From positions 519,006 through 583,005 of the forward strand of contig JAQULM010000001.1 of the NCBI GenBank assembly GCA_028718605.1: a DNA stretch of 64,000 bases, read 5' to 3'. This DNA comes from Patescibacteria group bacterium (GTDB taxonomy: Bacteria > Patescibacteriota > Patescibacteriia > UBA10025 > JAHIVO01). Shown piece after piece: positions 58,643 through 64,000 of this stretch. A program made the position numbers and the translations under genes. How positions within the stretch are numbered: position 1 is the stretch's first letter; each line of letters starts with the position of its first letter. The notes below the pieces were generated by a model. The model saw only the letters and a list, made by a program, of their open reading frames with translations. It was not told where the DNA came from and made no database searches.

Positions 58643-58813
58643 ATTGTTCTGAAAATATGGACTTATTATACCTAAATTAACGCCCCCTGCCAACCAACGT
58701 TGGGGGATTGGGCGATGCGATGAAGCCGCTGCCCCTCTGTGGAATGTTAATGTATAAATAAGCGAGGATTTTTGGTATACTGCAGGATGCATAAACAATA
58801 ATACGCAATAATT

Positions 58814-59185
58814 ATGGACCAGCCAACGAACACCCCAAACCAACCGATCAACAAAAAAACTGGCCCCGTGCCGATTTTTATCCTCGTCCTCTTCGTGCTC
58901 TTGGTCGTCGGCGGCTTGTCGTACATCCTCCTCTCGGGGAAATGGGTGGCGTCCAACGAAAACACAACCAATGGCAATACAAACGCCGCTCTGAATACGA
59001 ACGCGGCAACCACCAACAGCGCGGCGGCCACTACCAACCAGCTCCTCGGCGGCGATCGTGACGAACACGGATGCATCGGTTCGGCAGGATATTCATGGTG
59101 CGAAGCAAAACAGAAGTGCCTGCGCACGTGGGAAGAACCGTGTACGCTAGAGAATTCGAACAGCGCTTCCAATACGAACGAATAG
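58814..59185 (+). CDS. Membrane-anchored protein with N/T-rich linker and a small Cys-rich domain
   Basis: TM, NTN repeats, GGDRDEHGCIGSAGYSWCE.KQKCLR.WEE.C. Confidence 0.8.
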   Translation: MDQPTNTPNQPINKKTGPVPIFILVLFVLLVVGGLSYILLSGKWVASNENTTNGNTNAALNTNAATTNSAAATTNQLLGGDRDEHGCIGSAGYSWCEAKQKCLRTWEEPCTLENSNSASNTNE

Positions 59186-59279
59186 CCTGGCAATAACCTA
59201 GAAAGCTCCTGTACAAAAAGGAGTTTTTTAGTGCGGCAGCGCCCTGTCATATTCCGGCTTTTTTTGCTATGGTAAGGGT

Positions 59280-60734
59280 ATGAAACAGCTTGACGCACTG
59301 CTCCAGAAAAAACATTTTTCATTCATCGGCACTCTCCGGAAGCAATTTCCAAATGCTGAAGTTTTTCTTGTTGGCGGCATTGTCCGGGATGCAATCCTCA
59401 AACGTGAATCAAAGGACTACGACTTTGTCGTGCGCAACGTGCCGATGAAACACCTGCAGGCCGCGCTTTCACAATTAGGGAGCGTTGACTTGGTCGGGAA
59501 AACATTCGGCGTATTAAAATTCGTGCCGCAGGGCGCGCACGGCATCGAACCCATCGACATTGCCTTGCCGCGAACTGAACATGCGTTCATGACGGGCGGG
59601 TACCGCGACGTCGACGTGCAATCGAATCCGAAACTCCCGATCGCGGAAGACCTACAGCGAAGGGACTTCACAATCAACGCGCTCGCGTACGATATCGCGA
59701 ATAAAAAACTCATCGACTTGTTTGGTGGCGTTCGCGACATCCGCAAAAAGCGCATCCTGACCGTCGGCACACCCGCCGAGCGGTTTCGGGAAGATTACTC
59801 ACGTATGCTCCGGGCACTGCGCTTCGCATGCCAACTCGGCTTCACCATCGAGGCGAAAACGTGGGCAGAACTAAAAAAACGGATGGAGGCAATCAATGCG
59901 CCCCATGGTGAAGGATTTGTCGTGCCGCGCGAGGTCATTGCCAAAGAACTGGCGCGGGCGTTCGTTGCCGACCCGGTGCGGGCGCTCGACCTGCATGACA
60001 CATCAACGGCGATGGATCAGCTCATGCCTGAGCTCCTTGCCATGAAGGGATGCCCCCAACCGCGTAACTTCCATACCGAAGGCGACGTGTGGAAACACAC
60101 ACGCCTGGCGCTCAAAAACCTTTCATCAAAACGCTACCGCACAAAATTCGGGAGCGCTGCGCCGTCAGCGGAACTGGTCTTCGGACTCCTGTTCCATGAC
60201 CTCGGCAAGCCAGCAACGAAGGAGCGGCGAGACCGCCTGCGGTTCAACAACCACGACACCGTAGGTTCCGAACAAGCGCGCGTAATCATGGAACGGCTGA
60301 AGCTGTCGAGCGCTGGCGTTGATGTTGAAAAAACGGTCTGGCTCTGCCGGAAGCATATGATCGTGACGCATACGAAAAAATCTCCGATGCGTTCAACCAC
60401 GCTCGAGAAATATTTTTTCAACCCGCGGGTTCCCGGCGACGATCTCATGAAACTCATGTTCGCGGACGTACAGGCAACCGTGCCGGCGACGGGCAAGCCG
60501 GATTTTACCGAATACCGGATGCTCGAGCAGCAGGTCGGGAAGCTCGCGGCTATAGCAAAAAAGCGGAAAATCCTCCCGCCCGATCTCCTCAATGGCAATG
60601 AGATAATGAAACTGCGGAAGTTGGGGCCCGGACCGCAGATCGGCAAGCTAAAATCGCTCCTCCGCGAACAGCAGCTGCGTGGCACCGTTACGACAAAACA
60701 GGAAGCAACCGATTATCTTTCAACCCATGCTTAA
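59280..60734 (+). CDS. cca: CCA tRNA nucleotidyltransferase with HD domain
   Basis: VGGIVRD, DYDF, DLQRRDFTINALA, RFREDYSRMLRALRF, HDLGK; several tRNAs here lack an encoded CCA. Confidence 0.88.
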   Translation: MKQLDALLQKKHFSFIGTLRKQFPNAEVFLVGGIVRDAILKRESKDYDFVVRNVPMKHLQAALSQLGSVDLVGKTFGVLKFVPQGAHGIEPIDIALPRTEHAFMTGGYRDVDVQSNPKLPIAEDLQRRDFTINALAYDIANKKLIDLFGGVRDIRKKRILTVGTPAERFREDYSRMLRALRFACQLGFTIEAKTWAELKKRMEAINAPHGEGFVVPREVIAKELARAFVADPVRALDLHDTSTAMDQLMPELLAMKGCPQPRNFHTEGDVWKHTRLALKNLSSKRYRTKFGSAAPSAELVFGLLFHDLGKPATKERRDRLRFNNHDTVGSEQARVIMERLKLSSAGVDVEKTVWLCRKHMIVTHTKKSPMRSTTLEKYFFNPRVPGDDLMKLMFADVQATVPATGKPDFTEYRMLEQQVGKLAAIAKKRKILPPDLLNGNEIMKLRKLGPGPQIGKLKSLLREQQLRGTVTTKQEATDYLSTHA

Positions 60735-61674
60735 GATTACCGTCACCATTGATGAAGCGGGCCAGCGGCTTGATAAATTTCTCGCCTCCCATCTGCAAGA
60801 ACAAAGCCGGTCACAGCTGCAAAAACACATCAAGGCTGGCGATATTACCGTGAATGAAAAAAACGTTGCTGTCCACTATGTCATAAAATCGGGCGACATC
60901 GTCACCATCAGAGATATCGCTGCGCATAACCTGCCGTACCCAACCCCGGCTACCACGCTTCAAAAAGCTGCCATGCCACTCGACATCATCGCTGATACGG
61001 ACAACTACCTCGTGGTGAACAAGCCTGCCGGCATGATCGTGCACCAGGCGCCCGGTGAACACGGCCCCATCATGATTGACGTACTATTGAAAAAATATCC
61101 TGCAATCGCGAAAATCGGCGAGGACCCATCGCGGCCAGGCATCGTGCACCGCCTCGACAAGGAAGTATCCGGCGTGATCGCCGTGCCAAAAACGCAGGGA
61201 ATGTTCGACCACTTAAAGAGCCAGTTCAAGGCGCGGACTGTACGGAAAGAATACTTCGCGCTGGTATACGGGACGCCACAGCAGCCGGAAGGTGAAATTT
61301 CATTTAACATTGACCGCAGTGAAACTGCCGGGTATAAAATGGCTGCCGTGCCAGCGACCGGCAGCGGCGACCGCGGCAAGCGTGCGGTCACGGAATTCGA
61401 AGTCATCGAACGGCTCGGCAACTATACGCTCCTCAATGTGAAGCCCCGAACGGGCAGGACGCACCAGATCCGCGTGCATCTCAATGCATATGGGCTCCCG
61501 ATCGTCGGCGATCTGGTATACAAGCCAAAAAAACTAAAGCAGAGTATCCAGTTACATCGGATATTCCTCCATGCCCATCGCCTCGGTTTCAATGACCTCG
61601 CGGGTTCATGGCATGACTATGAGGCCCCCTTGTCGCCTGAACTCAATGCAGTCCTGCAGGCCTTGCGGAGTTGA
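60727..61674 (+). CDS. RluA/RluD-family pseudouridine synthase
   Basis: S4 domain RLDKFL, NKPAG, HRLDKEVSG, TGRTHQIRVH, FLHA. Confidence 0.94.
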   Translation: MLKITVTIDEAGQRLDKFLASHLQEQSRSQLQKHIKAGDITVNEKNVAVHYVIKSGDIVTIRDIAAHNLPYPTPATTLQKAAMPLDIIADTDNYLVVNKPAGMIVHQAPGEHGPIMIDVLLKKYPAIAKIGEDPSRPGIVHRLDKEVSGVIAVPKTQGMFDHLKSQFKARTVRKEYFALVYGTPQQPEGEISFNIDRSETAGYKMAAVPATGSGDRGKRAVTEFEVIERLGNYTLLNVKPRTGRTHQIRVHLNAYGLPIVGDLVYKPKKLKQSIQLHRIFLHAHRLGFNDLAGSWHDYEAPLSPELNAVLQALRS

Positions 61675-61699
61675 CAAATACAGGCGAGATAGCTATGCT
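61671..61699 (+). promoter_or_regulatory. Sigma70 promoter of rplS
   Basis: TTGACA-17 bp-TATGCT. Confidence 0.65.
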
Positions 61700-61737
61700 G
61701 ATAAAGCTAACTTGAAATAATTCAACTATCAACAGCC

Positions 61738-62079
61738 ATGGTAACCGCACACGAACTCAACAAATCGAAGCTCAAGAAAGACCTGCCCGATATTCAACCG
61801 GGCATGACGGTCATTGTTCATCAAAAAATCAAGGAAGGCGAAAAAGAACGCACGCAGAAATATGAAGGCATGGTGCTCGGCCGCCACGGCGGCACGAACC
61901 TCTCTGCCACCATTACAGTGCGGAAAATATCAGAGGGGGTTGGCGTGGAAAAGATATTCCCGCTGCACTCACCGACAATCGTGAAAATCGAGGTGGTCAA
62001 GCGTGCGAAGGTCCGCCGCGCAAAGCTGTTCTACCTGAAAGGCTATAAAAAACGCCTCAAAGAAACCGCAGTTAAATAA
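61738..62079 (+). CDS. rplS: 50S ribosomal protein L19
   Basis: [36 protein letters not shown]. Confidence 0.97.
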   Translation: MVTAHELNKSKLKKDLPDIQPGMTVIVHQKIKEGEKERTQKYEGMVLGRHGGTNLSATITVRKISEGVGVEKIFPLHSPTIVKIEVVKRAKVRRAKLFYLKGYKKRLKETAVK

Positions 62080-62180
62080 TTTCTAATTCCTTCGAAAAGG
62101 ACGGGCTGGCACAGCAACCCTGTCCTTGAGCAGCTCCACAACTCTGTGCGGGTTCATTTACATATACATTAAGACTTCGC

Positions 62181-62263
62181 GCCCAGGTGGTGGAATTGGT
62201 ATACACACTAGGTTGAGGGCCTAGGCTCATTTGAGCGTGCGGGTTCAACTCCCGCCCTGGGCA
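62181..62263 (+). tRNA. tRNA-Leu(GAG)
   Basis: CTAGG TTGAGGG CCTAG; long variable arm. Confidence 0.95.
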
Positions 62264-62328
62264 TTACACGATGACGCTTCTTTCAAAACTTACAGCCTGA
62301 TTTATTTCCCAAGGATTGGTAAATCGTT

Positions 62329-62446
62329 GCGGGAGTTGAAGCTGACCCGAACGCGCCGACAGGCGATGAAGTGAGGGCAGCGGGCTGCGGAGGAGAGCAA
62401 GGAGCGCTGCGACGGGCTCGGGGGAGCAGAACTCCCGCCCTGGGCA
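62329..62446 (+). repeat. tRNA-tail element, family B (tRNA-Leu)
   Basis: GCGGGAGTTGAA (reverse complement of T-arm) + core GACCCGAACGCGCCGACAGGCGATGAAGTGAGGGC + 17-bp tRNA 3' duplicate. Confidence 0.88.
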
Positions 62447-62567
62447 AATTGAAAATACTAAGACAATCCGAAATCATTCTGATGATTGAGGAAAGCGGAG
62501 GCTTTGTGCGATAGGTGAAGCAGCTTCACGAATGTGGAGATGCGAAACCTGTAGCACAAAATGACGC

Positions 62568-62643
62568 GGTGGCCATAGCACAATGGTTAGTGCACAGGTC
62601 TGTGGCACCTGTGATATGGGTTCAATTCCCATTGGCCACCCCA
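62568..62643 (+). tRNA. tRNA-His(GTG)
   Basis: CAGGT CTGTGGC ACCTG; G-1; CCA. Confidence 0.96.
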
Positions 62644-62700
62644 GAACAGGCTAGCTAGTACATAGGTAGTCTGTTTTGGGACGAAAGCGTCTACAATCCA

Positions 62701-62816
62701 AGAGAATTGAAGCCGACCCGAACGCGCCGACAGGCGATGAAGTGAGGGCGGCCGGCTCCGGAGGAGCGAAGTGAAAACGACGCGGGGGAGGAGAATTCCC
62801 ATTGGCCACCCCAGAA
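62701..62816 (+). repeat. tRNA-tail element, family B (tRNA-His)
   Basis: GAATTGAA + the same core as the Leu element + a 23-bp duplicate of 62624-62646. Confidence 0.88.
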
Positions 62817-63008
62817 AAAGTTGCGGCACCCGTTTAGGGTGGCGGAACTTTTTCTGATAGGGATAAAAAAATGCGGATGTCATCTGCTCTTCAAAGGGTA
62901 CGCGCACCAGTGAGGAATACTGGCTGCATACGGCCCTTGAGGAAACAGACTTCATCCGCAGTTGCTGTTCGGTTCAATACAGGTTAGGTTCCCAGACTAA
63001 TAAACTGC

Positions 63009-63554
63009 CTATCCAACCATAGGCTCAAGATCGAGATCCTCGAGGGTGCCGACAACGACGATGTCGGCCGACTCGCCCTTCCATTCACCGCCCAATTCGC
63101 CTTGCCGGATCTTTTTATAGCAGTCCGTCACGGACTGCCAATTGGTCCCACGGACCCGGATCCGTACCACCGCGCGGTATGCTTTCGCGAAATTCATAAT
63201 TTCAGACGAAGCCGAAGGCGTATTAAATTCTGCTGCGCCGTACTCGACTTCCCAGGAGGACTCTCCCAGTTTGCCGGCACCCTGTCTGATGTGCCGGTTC
63301 TGCTCCATCGGAACCTTGGCATAGAGCGAGAATGCGACTGGCTGCAGTCCACGGACAAAGGGCGGCATGGGTTCGGTCAGCGAATCCAGGGTACAGTAAA
63401 CCAGGTTTCGGTTACTTGTGTCCGCCTTAAACAGGCCCCAGGAATATTTCCAGGGCGTTTCGGGTCCGACATCCTGCTTGATCCCAGCCGCTTTAAGCCG
63501 GGCTTCTACTGATCTCTTGCGGAAGTATACACGGATATTCATCTTTTTCCTCAC
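63009..63554 (-). CDS. Hypothetical protein
   Basis: 181-aa ORF, no family recognised. Confidence 0.55.
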   Translation of the reverse strand: MRKKMNIRVYFRKRSVEARLKAAGIKQDVGPETPWKYSWGLFKADTSNRNLVYCTLDSLTEPMPPFVRGLQPVAFSLYAKVPMEQNRHIRQGAGKLGESSWEVEYGAAEFNTPSASSEIMNFAKAYRAVVRIRVRGTNWQSVTDCYKKIRQGELGGEWKGESADIVVVGTLEDLDLEPMVG

Positions 63555-63760
63555 TTTCTACTCGTTTGTTTGTTGGATGTATTGCGTTTGACTTATTGCC
63601 TCTTTGGACGAGGCTATTGTGGGGAACCACTCCCAAATGTAAACGAACAGCAAACGCGTAAAACTATCACAAAAAGGAAATCCTGTCAAGCCCGAAGCTC
63701 ATTGATCCGAATGTTTGTTGCCCTTGTTTTTTATACCCTGGACACTATACTGACAGCACA

Positions 63761-64000
63761 ATGCATCGCATCCGTATCATTCTCGAAATCATCCTGGTAT
63801 TCGTCGTCCCGATCCTCTGGTTTGTGCTTGGGCTCGGGGAGCATGAACACCGGCTCATTGTTTTCGAGCTGCTTGTCGGCCTGACCGTCGCCCTAGCGCT
63901 GATGCACCGCATGGGCTTCCGGGCATTGGGCTTCCGCACGGACAACTTCCTGGCCGCGGCGAAACTGCTGCTGCCCGGGTCTGTCCTCGCGCTGGCGGCG
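63761..64000 (+). CDS. Membrane protein, 3' truncated (possibly a CPBP/CAAX-type intramembrane protease)
   Basis: Manual translation MHRIRIILEIILVFVVPILWF...RALGFRTDN..., open to the window end. Confidence 0.55.
   Translation, partial: MHRIRIILEIILVFVVPILWFVLGLGEHEHRLIVFELLVGLTVALALMHRMGFRALGFRTDNFLAAAKLLLPGSVLALAA

Noticed and set aside
58643-59068. N-terminal extension of the large pilin ORF
   Set aside because: It overlaps the divergent gene 58814-59185; the class III signal peptide places the start at 58642

Overview
This 64-kb window looks like a chromosomal segment of a Patescibacteria/CPR bacterium (Parcubacteria/ABY1-like). That placement is inferred from 16S signature variants, an apparently hinge-less SMC and CPR-type minor pilins; the genetic code is standard code 11. 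Housekeeping content: pyrD-pyrK-pyrC-pyrE-pyrF plus an OTCase-like gene, smc, rpsP-khpA-trmD, a 16S rRNA gene with no 23S behind it, 11 intact tRNAs, a long minus-strand gene run (rpsO, pnp, cmk, rnhB, nusA, hppA, tig, nfo and others), three pilin-like genes, cca, a RluA-family synthase and rplS. The most notable signals are: (1) five small structured non-coding elements behind tRNA-Gly, -Lys, -Leu and -His. Their cores are shared and show compensatory base changes, but their ends are specific to each host tRNA (5' end = reverse complement of the T-loop, 3' end = duplicate of the tRNA 3' end). There are also tRNA-Phe copies broken up by similar hairpins. (2) A candidate lipid salvage operon (two acyltransferases, an acyl-CoA ligase, a patatin and a CarS-type cytidylyltransferase) directly downstream of a membrane H+-pyrophosphatase. 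(3) An ATP-grasp / 7TM / ligase-peptidase-fusion locus resembling a peptide-tag writer/eraser. (4) Three synonymously diverged copies of the argF 3' end bracketing cassettes. (5) An unassigned ~360-nt structured RNA with its own promoter and terminator. All calls come from reading motifs by eye; no database searches or folding programs were run.
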